42,037 bases of DNA from Octopus bimaculoides (taxonomy: Eukaryota): NCBI RefSeq assembly GCF_001194135.2, contig NC_068995.1:24668980-24711016 (forward strand), written 5' to 3'. A model generated the notes under the pieces. That model had not been told where the DNA came from and did no database searches. It saw only the letters and a program-made list of their open reading frames with translations. This document shows positions 13,158 through 25,249 of this stretch, in pieces. The position numbers and the translations under genes were made by a program. Position 1 is the first letter of the stretch. The number at the start of each line of letters is the position of its first letter.

Positions 13158-13384
13158 GTAAGGGCGTAGAGAATCCAGTGCTATCCCACTTTATAAAAGT
13201 AAATATGGAAGGAAGGCATGGATGGGGGGAAGGAAAACGAGAGAAAGATTTGAGGTTGGTGAGAATATGGATAAGGTCACAGAAAGAAATACAAGTATGG
13301 TGTGTCATAGGGATGAACTAGAGAATGAGGGTTGGGAAGTTGATTAGAGGGTACAAAAGCTGTAAGGGAAAGAACATAGAGAGA

Positions 13385-13955
13385 AAATGAGGGGGCTAGA
13401 AAGTACTATAGAGGTAAAAGTGGGATGTGCACACACACACACGCACACAGATAGCAAATACAGAATATGTGGAAAAGTGGATGAAAGTATTTTAAGTGAG
13501 AGCAGCAGAGTTGCTCAAAAAGAGTATAAATATAGGCATGATTCAGTTGGCAAAAGAATCCATTGGAATATCAGTCAAGTCTGTAAATTTGAAGTGATGG
13601 AAAAGTGGTACGAATACGAGCCCGAGGCTGTCTAGATGAATGATAAAGGATTTTATGGGATTTCACATCAGAGATCATTATACTACAGAAACAAGAACAG
13701 ATATGGTTGTGGAAGATCATTAACTTTGCAATCCTTTATGACAGTAAAGTGTAAATCAAGGACATAGCCAGTGAGATGAAGAGATTGTTGGTGAAAATTA
13801 TTTCTGTGATAACTGGTGCACTAGGCACAATATTTAAACTGCTATATAAGGGCAGAGTAGAATTGAGACATGTATTGCTGACCTACTGAAAAAGCCATCA
13901 TGTATTTTGTAAGAATTCTAAGAGGGATTCTTGAGATTTGGGGTGACTCAGGATA
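13385..13955 (+). mobile_element. R4/Dong-clade non-LTR retrotransposon 3' relic (zinc knuckle plus restriction-like endonuclease region), disrupted
   Basis: Translates YRICGKVDESILSESSRVAQKEYKYRHDSVGKRIHWNI...EKWYEYEPEAV*...ILWDF...VKIISVITGALGTI...RILRGILEI. This follows the R4-clade pattern CRxC...LAQxEYxxRHDxV...HW...KWYEHxP...ILWDF...GALG...RILR. Confidence 0.85.
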
Positions 13956-13992
13956 AAACCTCTGCTAATTAAATTAACATATATAGCTTTTG

Positions 13993-14082
13993 TATAATAA
14001 TAATGATAATAATAATAATAATAATAATAATAAAAGTAATAATAATAATGATGATGATAATAACAACAACAACAACAGCAAC

Positions 14083-14135
<53 letters not shown>

Positions 14136-14145
14136 TAATAATAAT
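13993..14145. repeat. (AAT)n/(AAC)n microsatellite
   Basis: Seen directly. Confidence 0.99.
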
Positions 14146-14280
14146 ATCCAGAAAAATAGTTCTATTACGAACAGCCTACATCCCATGCAAGACACTATCA
14201 ATCCAATAATACAACCTAAACAAAACAACCCACAAACACAAGACACACTCTATACAGCAATTACCCAGTGAAATAAACTT
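14146..14280 (+). mobile_element. Second R4/Dong-like extreme 3' end (ORF C-terminus plus probable 3'UTR)
   Basis: RKIVLLRTAYIPCKTLSIQ* resembles the R4-clade terminus QKxxLLGTAHILRKxL. Confidence 0.6.
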
Positions 14281-14806
14281 CCATCAGCAAGGTAGATAAC
14301 CAATGCATTACACACTCAACACACAATACAAACAGTAACAAAATTAAAGACTGCATCACACCTCAAGAGAAAAAAAACTAATACAATACAGTACCGGAAA
14401 AAGTTTGCACGCACCCAACAGCAGAAAAGAACACACCCCAGCAACACGGAGGTGTAGCAGTAGAAATTTGCCTCAACCTACTAAATGTTGAACAGTTATA
14501 TAATAATAACAGCAACAACAAAGTTCATACATGTTTAGCTCATCCTTCACATGGTGTAGACTGGGCAACAAAGGTTTGGCAACAACAGGGCTCTAACAGC
14601 AAGACACAACAATGCCAACCATGTAAATAAATTACCATACCACATCAGTTGTCACGTGAGCGAACAAGGACCATGATTCCAGATGATGTACCAGACTAGG
14701 ATTGGAAAGTTTACAATTAAGTACTTGTAGAAACTCTAACCAGGGACACCCCTCATAATGGCCTTCTATGTACAACAACTGAAAACCTAACATAAGGAAC
14801 AACATA

Positions 14807-14857
14807 AGAGTAGAAAAATTTGTCAGCAACCAGCCTGCTGACAAATTTTTCTGCTCT
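14807..14857. repeat. Inverted repeat: 22-bp stem, 7-nt loop
   Basis: agagtagaaaaatttgtcagca-accagcc-tgctgacaaatttttctgctct; one mismatch, which is a U-G wobble on the plus strand. Confidence 0.95.
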
Positions 14858-15666
14858 CAAAGGATTTTATCCTATATATGCTGTTCTATCAGCATATATA
14901 GAAATATATCTTTCTACTTGTTCTACATAAAACTAACTATATGGCCAATTTTTGTAGGAAAGCATTTATAATTGATTTAACTGAGTTGATATATTACTGG
15001 TACTTTTCTAACAGGTCAATTTGACTTCATCTGAACTCAGAAAAAATGGAGAAAAACTAAACAATACAACATACTGCAATGTTTTAACAATGGTATCAGT
15101 TACTGTTGTGATAGTTGCCAGAAGTTGAAGTCAAATTATCAGTGCGTATGTCTATGTATGTATGTGTGGTATCATTCCTGTAAAGCTCACTCCAGCTGCA
15201 TAATCTGCTGAGAATTTAATCATTGCGCTAACCAACCAAACATCATCTTACTAACACATACAGAACCAAGCCTTTTTACACACACATAGAGACATGTAAC
15301 CCTCTCACACAAACACACACACATAGAGACATGTAACCCCCTCACACAAATACACACACATACAGATATATAACTCCAAACACAAACACACATATTAGCC
15401 AACTCTACAAGGCTGCAAATGGAAACAATAAAACCTTGGCAAACTTACAAATAAACAATTACAACCATTTATTTGTTTTATTTTATTATGTTTTCACCTA
15501 AAAATGGGCAACCCTTTATCAATGATCATTTCTATTGCAGTGACCATATAAAAAAGATGAGTAGTGTGTAGTTTTATAGTGACTTAGTAAGAGTAACATG
15601 TATTTTGCTTGTGTTATTATTGTTTTATTTAGACAGACTATCTGTAAGGTAGAGGAGAAGGGCTTA

Positions 15667-17089
15667 TCTATCTATATATATATATAAATAAGAATGTGTG
15701 TCTGTCTGTCTGTCTGTGTGTGTGAATCCCTAAAACTCGAGAACTACGCAACCAATTTCATTCAAATTTTACACATGCCTTACTTAGGGTTCCAGTTGTG
15801 TTTTAGTCGAAAACAATTTTAACTTCTTGCAGAGTTCGAGCCCACGGCAACATAATATCTCCTCCACTATTCAAGTATTACGTGTCAAAAGTGAAACAAA
15901 AACACTCATGTCAAATACTTTCACTTTAAAAATGAAACTATTCTACTAACTGAAACAATCACATTTTGATACTGTAATNNNNNNNNNNNNNNNNNNNNNN
16001 NNNNNNNNNNNNNNNNNNNNNNNNNNNNNNNNNNNNNNNNNNNNNNNNNNNNNNNNNNNNNNNNNNNNNNNNNNNNNNNNNNNNNNNNNNNNNNNNNNNN
16101 NNNNNNNNNNNNNNNNNNNNNNNNNNNNNNNNNNNNNNNNNNNNNNNNNNNNNNNNNNNNNNNNNNNNNNNNNNNNNNNNNNNNNNNNNNNNNNNNNNNN
16201 NNNNNNNNNNNNNNNNNNNNNNNNNNNNNNNNNNNNNNNNNNNNNNNNNNNNNNNNNNNNNNNNNNNNNNNNNNNNNNNNNNNNNNNNNNNNNNNNNNNN
16301 NNNNNNNNNNNNNNNNNNNNNNNNNNNNNNNNNNNNNNNNNNNNNNNNNNNNNNNNNNNNNNNNNNNNNNNNNNNNNNNNNNNNNNNNNNNNNNNNNNNN
16401 NNNNNNNNNNNNNNNNNNNNNNNNNNNNNNNNNNNNNNNNNNNNNNNNNNNNNNNNNNNNNNNNNNNNNNNNNNNNNNNNNNNNNNNNNNNNNNNNNNNN
16501 NNNNNNNNNNNNNNNNNNNNNNNNNNNNNNNNNNNNNNNNNNNNNNNNNNNNNNNNNNNNNNNNNNNNNNNNNNNNNNNNNNNNNNNNNNNNNNNNNNNN
16601 NNNNNNNNNNNNNNNNNNNNNNNNNNNNNNNNNNNNNNNNNNNNNNNNNNNNNNNNNNNNNNNNNNNNNNNNNNNNNNNNNNNNNNNNNNNNNNNNNNNN
16701 NNNNNNNNNNNNNNNNNNNNNNNNNNNNNNNNNNNNNNNNNNNNNNNNNNNNNNNNNNNNNNNNNNNNNNNNNNNNNNNNNNNNNNNNNNNNNNNNNNNN
16801 NNNNNNNNNNNNNNNNNNNNNNNNNNNNNNNNNNNNNNNNNNNNNNNNNNNNNNNNNNNNNNNNNNNACACACATAGTCTCCAGTTGGTAACATTGATTT
16901 CAAGGCCCTCCTAGATGAGAGACTGGCATTCCACTTAATGTCTATGTTCCATGCTGGCATGGATTGGAGAGTTATTAATGTAGAAATATGGTATCGTAGC
17001 TACTAACAGTTGAGGGTTGCGTAGTCTAGACGGCGTTTTTAGATTTCATTATTCTCTTTAACCCGGGCAAAGCCGGGTATTTCTGCTAG
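15667..17089 (+). mobile_element. Non-autonomous Helitron, interior mostly in gap 15979-16867
   Basis: 5' A|TC-tatatata followed by (CTGT)n; 3' hairpin acccgg-gcaaag-ccgggt (17061-17078) then CTAG|T at 17086-17090. These are canonical Helitron termini and an A^T target. Confidence 0.8.
15979..16867. other. Assembly gap
   Basis: N run. Confidence 1.
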
Positions 17090-19604
17090 TATTGTATAAT
17101 CTTTCTCAGTTGAAGAGAATATGGTGCTTTACACTCAATGTACTTAGAGACAGTTGACCATACTAAATTAACATCCAGTCATAACACCCAAACCTTCATT
17201 GTTTATGTGTACTTTCCTATATATCAAGTTAATCACAACAAAATCCACTCCTTAAACCTCCCACTCATTTTCATTTGGGTTAAATTTGTGACATTTCTTT
17301 ATAAAATATGCTTTTTTATGGATCACCAGAAATCATTACTTCAAACAAGCTTTTAATTGCTTCTAACAATTTCTTTTCACTGCCAGTGCCCTTCCTTAAT
17401 ATGTAGGTCTCAGTATTTATCTGAATCTCATTTATTGTATACACATTCTTACAAATTACTGTCAGATGACAGTCCAATTAAATATTTAAACCCTAGTATT
17501 TCTCTTATTCCCTAAATTTTCTTTTAATTCTATGTTTGATATTTCAGGCAAAATATTTGTTTCTTTAACTAATACAAATTTATAGTTGGAGGGCAATAGG
17601 ATGTTGTGATATTCATACTTTTCTCTTGGATGTTCACAACACAAATAAAATGAAATAGACAGGATCAGGAATCAAAACAGGATTGTGGATTCAACTTGCA
17701 GTGAGCTTGCTTCTACTCACTATTCCTACTCAAAACAAAAGATTGGTTTCAAATTTAAACAAAAATTTATAAACATGTAGGTGACAGAAGTAGAATATTG
17801 AAATATTTATGCTTGCTCCTAACAAAAATTATCAGGATAAATGAAGTACAATGACTCCAACTGATAGTCAAAATCAGCTCAAAGACTCAGTTCACAGCTT
17901 ATTTTAGCTGTACATTGCAAAGACATATACTAACTGCAAAGAGCATACCTGCTCATTTATAACTACCATTTTGAGGTAATGGATTTATCTTTTACAGATG
18001 ACTATCTCTGTAGTTATGATATCAAATTTGATTCTTAGGTTTTGTTGTGAAAGGAGGAGCTAAAGTTCATTAAATAAATTACCTTAGCATATTGCTGGTA
18101 CATATTTTATCAACAACAGAAGTATGATAAAGTTGATCCAAATAATATAATAAAGGAAATATTAATCTTTTAATTACTTTTGATAAAATTCATAGTTAAA
18201 ATTGATATTTAATTTATTTGATATATTACTGATGCTTTTTTCATCAGCAGTGATTTGAAACCTGAGCAAACCACCATAGTTTCATGCGATCAACCTATTA
18301 ATCAACCAGTCAGCATGAGGCTGAGGCATGACATGGTTTCCTTGAACTTTTTAGAATTTGGCTTCTGGTCTGCTATAAAACACAATTTGGTACTTAATTA
18401 ATTGCAGAATGTTGAAGGTGACTGAGTGACATGTGCCTCTACTCTTGCCACACTGACACTTCTGGACATTTGTGTAGACAACTCCAGGTTCTTGGACAGA
18501 CCCATTCTGATCATTCATACAATGTCTCATATGCAACTTTTACAGATGTGGTGCAGTTTTTCTGTCTTTCCCCGTAAGAAATTATTAATATTGTTCATTG
18601 TAAATAGTTAACACCAAATATCTTTATGTCTGGTTATAAATATTTCAGTTAAATGTTCGCAAGTTTGCTTCAGTTATTATTCATGCAACCAACAAAATAT
18701 ATCTCCATTTCCCTGCTACTCAAGTGACAAGCAATCAGTAGCAACAATGGTATGAAAAACAGATGATTCAAGAAGGACTTAAACTCAGAAATAAGTCAGT
18801 TACAAATTAAAACATCTAGTTAAGTTAGTTTACTGTCAATATCATTTTCATAGCTCTTCCAAATATTGTCTTAAATTCATTCAACCTATCTTGGCAGGAT
18901 CTTCATGACAGACTGCTCCTTTGACACCAAACAACAATTTAAATTGAACTACACTACCCAACCAAATCAATCTTATTCCACCTCGCTTGTTATGTCTTGT
19001 ATACAATGAAAGATGTTGTATATAGTCCTAATTAGACTCATATGTAATTAAGTCTCATGTAGAATATAAAACAACTGAAAATCCTGCTGCTGAAACTAAT
19101 CAAAGTCACTATTTTTTTTTAAAAATGAGATGACCATACTGAAGTTCATAATCAGTTTGCTTATATTCACTTACAACATATCAATAAAAAAGATTCTAAG
19201 ACAAGCTCCTAAACCTTCATGAGCACCAACTATGGAATCCTGTTTCAACAAAAGTAATTACATCCAAGAATGTGGTCCAAATTATATCTAAGTCTGAAAT
19301 TGATCAATAAGCACGTGAGAATGTGATCATGTGACATGATAATTTTGCAATAGTTGACCTTGTCCAAAGTGAACAAAGCTCCACATCTGAACAAATCAGT
19401 AAATCCAGGGTGAAAAGAGAAGACTTACTGCATCAACGTGAAAGAAAAAGAAAATACAAAATGCTTAGGTTAAAGATAAGTATAAGAACCCACTTTGCAG
19501 AAAGTTTCATTGATTTTGACTTGAGCCCAGCCTAGTCAAGTGACAGTTAAAGGAAGGTCATGTCATTTTAACTGATTTTAGCAATACAAACATAGCATTG
19601 GTAT

Positions 19605-19815
19605 ATTCTTTTCTACTCTAGGCACAAGGCACAGAATTTTTGAGGAGGGGGGGGCCAGCCAATTACATCAACCTCAGTATGCAACTGGTACTTAATTTAT
19701 CAACCCCGAAAGGATAAAAGGCAAAGTCGACCTTGGCAGAATTTGAATTCAGAACATAAAGACAAACAAAATACCACTAAGCATTTCACCTGGCATGCTC
19801 GCTGCCTTATAGTAT
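19605..19815 (-). mobile_element. tRNA-derived SINE family B (gtagaaaaga tail), CpG-decayed
   Basis: Reverse complement of the 29263-29480 copy with CpG transitions. Confidence 0.92.
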
Positions 19816-19884
19816 TGGTATATTACATGCATTAGCAGCCATGTCACTAATTATACTAACTCAGTTTTGAGCAAAATCACTTGC

Positions 19885-20420
19885 ATGTTCTCGTTCTTTC
19901 TCAAAATTCATCCTTCACACTTGACATTGAGAATAAAGGTGTACAGTATCACAGTGTTCCCTTGCTTTCTCTATGCCATGGATGCATGGCCCTCTACCAC
20001 AGGCATAGAAAGATCCTGATACAAGTCCAACTTCATCTGTGCTCAATCTTGCATAGCAGATGGCAGGATTACATTTCTGATGTAGAGGTCCTGCACCATG
20101 CTGTGCAGTTAGTATGGAGGCTCTCAGTACCTCATTGCAGCTGCACTGGGTGGGACATGTTTGCAAGATGGAGAACAGCAGGTTACCAAAAGTAGCTTTC
20201 AATGCTGAACTGTGTCATGGCAGGCAAAGTTGTGGTGACCAGAGGTTGTGAAACAGGCATGTACTGAAGAGGCATATGAAAAACTTGGACATTTCGCCAG
20301 ATACCTGGGAGGAGAAGGCCCTGCAGTGAGATAAATGGCACCAGTCACTGAAGTTCATAATGGCAACCATTGAGAATAAGAAATAGCACATGAGAGGTAT
20401 CAGCTGCAGTATATCAAGAG
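19885..20420 (+). mobile_element. RTE-clade (BovB-like) LINE 3' relic, frameshifted
   Basis: LRIKVYSITV..LYAMDAW / LYHRHRKIL..CSILHSRWQDYISDVEVL / LQLHWVGHVCKMENSRLPKVAFNAELCHG..RL*..VLKRHMK..WEEKALQ*DKW follows the RTE C-terminal pattern KVY..LLYGxETW..IRWQD..EVL..LRWxGHVxRMxxxRLPK. Confidence 0.9.
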
Positions 20421-21909
20421 CAGGTCATGTAGCCCACATGCAAGCATGCCAGAGATGATTACTGAACATGAACAGTCAATGTTGACCTACAATGGACAGC
20501 TGAAGAAGAATTTACATTATTGATAGGTAATAGCTATCATTTTTTATTTGTTATAGAAGTGCATTCTGTGCAATGTGGTAAAGGTGTTGCTGAGCAAGTT
20601 CAGTCTCCAGCAGAATGTTGATGTTGTTGCTACCACAAAATGATGAAAAGACAAGTACTCTGAAGTCATTAAACTAAATAAAACATCACAGAATATCTCT
20701 TTGTGAATGTGATGCTATCATTTCTGTTGCAAAGACTTGTCAATGCTTCTGTGAACAGAATAGTGAATTGAGAAGAATTTCACATCATGCTTCACCCTGC
20801 AACAAAAAACAATAATTGAGTTCAAGGCTGCCTTTTGGGGCCACATGATATTAAAGAAGCAAGACTAAAGAAAAGTCCTCAACTTCAAAAATGACAAGAA
20901 CGATCTGAAGCCACAAATATACTTGAGCACACCAGAAAGTTTCTATGCAACAAAGCAATGCAGACAATGGTTTTGACTGATGACCCTGATATGGATGCCA
21001 AAAGTGTAAAGTATTGATTATACTGAAATACATTTTACCATGAAATTAATGTAAGTTTTGGTTCCCTCCAGGACACAAGTGGCAAATGTAAAAAATGCAA
21101 GTGGGCATTAAAACTACAAAGACAACTCATGATAAAATCAATGTGCAGTGACTTAAATCTAGGCATGAATTATACATAAGAACTGTTAATGTTTTAATGT
21201 GTAACTGAGGCTGCTAAAGCCAAGGGAGATAACTGTGATACAGCAATGATTGCATTTGACTTTGAGAAAATTTTTATCATTTCCACTAACCACAATTGAA
21301 CAGGAGGTATTACAATGGTATTTCAATAAATGGATCAGTTTTGTCTTTGGCAATGGGCGTTTAGTTGTTCAGTCATTGAAATAATATCCCAGTGGTTGAA
21401 TATTCTACAGGTACATGAACTCTTAATGTAATTCTTAAGAAAAATCAGCATGATATAGTGTTTGACAAGGCTGGACCTTCTGTTGATCCAATTTCACTCA
21501 CAAAATTTAAGCTGACCTAAAAGTAGAAGATATTTGCATAACATGGTAAAATTGAACCTCAGACCTTGTACAAGGCTGTCTTAGAAGCATTATAAGCCCC
21601 TGGGCTTATTTATCTATTTACAGCAAACCACGGCATACATAATTACAAATGAACCCCTAAATCTGTGCGGCCCTTTGGCAACTGCCAAGTGTGTCCATGA
21701 CTTAAAATAGAACTAACATTGTAGTTATGAAGTGAGCACATGCTGTTTCCATGTAGTATTATGTTTTGCATAATATCACAGTATTTTCTCCCCTTTAGTT
21801 CTAAAACTACCAAAGTATTGCAAGTGTTTTCTGTAGTAAAAGTACTTAAGTCTCAAACTAGAACAGAAAAAAAAAAATCTAAAAATTGTTTCCCTCAAAA
21901 AAAAAAAAA

Positions 21910-22303
21910 NNNNNNNNNNNNNNNNNNNNNNNNNNNNNNNNNNNNNNNNNNNNNNNNNNNNNNNNNNNNNNNNNNNNNNNNNNNNNNNNNNNNNNNNNNN
22001 NNNNNNNNNNNNNNNNNNNNNNNNNNNNNNNNNNNNNNNNNNNNNNNNNNNNNNNNNNNNNNNNNNNNNNNNNNNNNNNNNNNNNNNNNNNNNNNNNNNN
22101 NNNNNNNNNNNNNNNNNNNNNNNNNNNNNNNNNNNNNNNNNNNNNNNNNNNNNNNNNNNNNNNNNNNNNNNNNNNNNNNNNNNNNNNNNNNNNNNNNNNN
22201 NNNNNNNNNNNNNNNNNNNNNNNNNNNNNNNNNNNNNNNNNNNNNNNNNNNNNNNNNNNNNNNNNNNNNNNNNNNNNNNNNNNNNNNNNNNNNNNNNNNN
22301 NNN
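21910..22303. other. Assembly gap
   Basis: N run. Confidence 1.
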
Positions 22304-23819
22304 CCAGCAACCTATCTTATTTTCATTATATTATCACTTGTAGATGTAAAACACCTTTAACCTCCTCAAATTGTAAGGTCTATAATTGATTACGTCTTCA
22401 TTACATTCAAGCAAAAAGTTGACTGATTTGCACAAATTCTTTAATGTCTTTTCAACACAGCTCTCAAACTGTAAGACTGTAGAGCTGATGAACCAAGCTT
22501 CTGTCAAAAAAGTATTTCATTATTTCCCCAGATTATAACTAGATAACTATACTTTAGTAATAGCAGTGTATTTCTTCTGTTACATTACCACACTGATTCA
22601 TACATTGAATGACTTGATGATTATTGATTATTGAACTTCATATTTGATTTGCAGCAAGGGTTGGCAAAGTTAAGCTGCTGATACGATGAATTATTACTGC
22701 ATCTACTAAATTGGTTCAACATTCTGATGCAGTTTATACATACATTACACTCACACCCACACACCTATGGTAGTATCTGTCTATTCAATTTTAACCAACA
22801 TCCTGACAAATTGATGAAACACTCTCCAAGATCCTTCTCTTCAATTTTTGTAACATTAATAATTTAAACGTAAGCGATATTATTATGCAATAGTGAGTTC
22901 GCTCAGTAAGTCTCTTCTGATAAGGCAGTGTTTACTTTACCAAGAGACAACATCATGACACATTTCACTTAAGAAGATCAAGACAAGAAGCTGAAGAGGA
23001 GCTTTCACAAACCCAAGAGAAATAAATATTGTATTTCTTTCCTATCAAGTGCTTATAAGTGTGTGTATATGTATAGGCTATATAGCATAACCATTTCTTT
23101 CAAAATCATAAAAGTAGAGAAACAAGCATATTGTGACTTCTTCATTTGAATTAGTGATATGAGATGGTGATGGTGAGTTCCATAACACATCAGATTACTG
23201 GGCATCAATGAAAACTTCAAATCCATGTAAATATATAAAGCCATTGTAGTTGAGTTTATCTTCTTGTAAAACATACCAACAAGTTAATTAAACATTCATT
23301 ATTTTTAAAGTGCCCCCACTGCTTAAAAGAAATGAACAGAACTTTCTCTGTGATGTTTACTAGGAGGACTGAGTGATTCAAGTTAAATGCCTTGACTATG
23401 GAGACCTGAAAGTGTTAATGTCTAGATGTAGAGTGCCAACAAACACTAAGGTCGGTAACCCAGCAACCTGTTGACTCAAGATTTGTAACTCACTCTATAA
23501 TATATATATTATACAAAGACTAAAGGACTCAGCTTCAGAAAAGATAAAAGATGAGATTATGTGATGCTCATGCCTGTCACCTAGATCCAGACCTCAGCTA
23601 AAGCCACTGCATTTTACTTATAGATGGTCCTGATTACCACACAATACTATTTCTACAACCTTATAGTAATTTGAGTTTCACTGTAGGAAAACAAAGTTGT
23701 ATAGTAATATACCAAAAAACTATTGACAAAGTCTCCAACGACAAACTCAACAATAACAACTGTAAATTGAAAGTAGTGAAAATATATCAAAAATCACATG
23801 AGGATTGAAGCAGCATAGA

Positions 23820-24035
23820 ATATTGATTTCAAATTGTGGCACAAGACCAGCAATTTCAAGGGAGAGGGTAAGTTGATTAAATAGACCCCAGTGCTCAACT
23901 GGTGCTTACTTTACTAACCTTGAAAGAATGAAAGGCAATGTCGACCTTGGCAGACTTTGAACTCAGAATGTAAAGACATGAAATGTCACTAAGCATTTTG
24001 GCTGGCATGCTAACAATTCTGTCAGTACACCACTT
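23820..24035 (-). mobile_element. SINE family B (tttgaaa(c/t)caat tail), CpG-decayed
   Basis: attgatttcaaattgtggcacaag...aaggcaatgtcgaccttggcagactttgaactcagaatg...ggcatgctaacaattctgtcag. Confidence 0.88.
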
Positions 24036-24607
24036 TACAGCATGTAAATATTGGGTTAAAAAACCCTTTAGATAGAAAAAGTTAAAAGCTACCCATGGGA
24101 CATGAACACAACTTCAAGATCCACCATCAGTAGTAACAATGGCAGCAGCATGACAGCAATAGCTTCGATACTTACAATGATGACAATCAAAAAGAATATT
24201 GAAATTGAATCAAAAGTAATAGTGACTTATTACTTTGAAACAAGGGTATAATTTTGTGGTAAAGACATACATGGCCTCTTGAACTGATTCTAAGATATGA
24301 CTTATTCCTGGTTCCAGGATATTTACTGCCATAGAAATAAAAGTCAGCTAGATAGGATTTGGACTTAGTGAGTTTCAGACTTAGAATGCAGAGCATTTTG
24401 TTTGATGATCTACTGATTCTGCTATTCTACCAGTAATTATGACCACAACAAGCTATCAAAGGAGCCTCTATACAGTCACTTAACGTGCTATATGTAACAA
24501 CCCAAAGTTCCCCAAGTTACACTCTACTGAATTAAAAGTTACATTATGTAACATTGGCTTGATCAAGTTTGAGCTTAGACTTAATGATAACAAAAACGAT
24601 AAAGGTT

Positions 24608-25045
24608 TTTAAATGCTAAAGGGTTAAGCAGACTCTGACCTGTAGGTAACTTGTCAAATGTCTCAGTGTCACCTACAGACCTAGCACTATTCTATACAGT
24701 CCATGTTTTCATCCAGCTGAGAACTACCCATATATGACATGTTGATTTGTATGGTCAGTACTTAATTTTCTGGATATAACACCAAAATCAAAGTCAAACA
24801 AATTCTTGGAGTCAGAAAAAAGAATCATATATATTGATGATGAAGATGGAATGGCCATGCCTGGAATGTCATTTAAATAACAGAAAATTAAGTACTGACC
24901 ATACAAATCAACATGTTATACATGGGTAGTTCTCAGCTGGATGAAAACATGGACTGTATAGAATAATGCTAGGTCTGTAGGTGACACTCAGACACTTGAC
25001 AAGTTACCTACAGGTCAGAGTCTGCTTAACCCTTTAGCATTTAAA
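24608..25045. repeat. Inverted duplication: 165-bp arms (24608-24772 and 24881-25045), 108-bp spacer
   Basis: The arms are reverse complements with 5 substitutions counted by eye. Confidence 0.97.
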
Positions 25046-25249
25046 CAGGCCATATCTGGCCCAAATATTCTACTTCTTTTATGTACAAACTAACCAGAAA
25101 TAACCCCTCACACCTACCCTATAATACCATTTTAAAGATATACAAACATACTGTTGAAATCTTGAAGTTATAAGATAATGCATGACTAATTTCACACAAT
25201 GTGAATAAATATGTAATACATTTGACAAAGAAATCTGAAAGCTGAAGGG
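25030..25249. mobile_element. piggyBac-type MITE
   Basis: TTAA|ccctttagcattt ... gaaagctgaaggg|TTAA: TTAA duplication, CCC termini and imperfect 12-13 bp TIRs. Confidence 0.8.

Noticed and set aside
19380-19425. Similarity to 30208-30247 (atccagggtgaaaa) as paralogous exons
   Set aside because: Only a short core matches and the frames do not correspond; likely chance.
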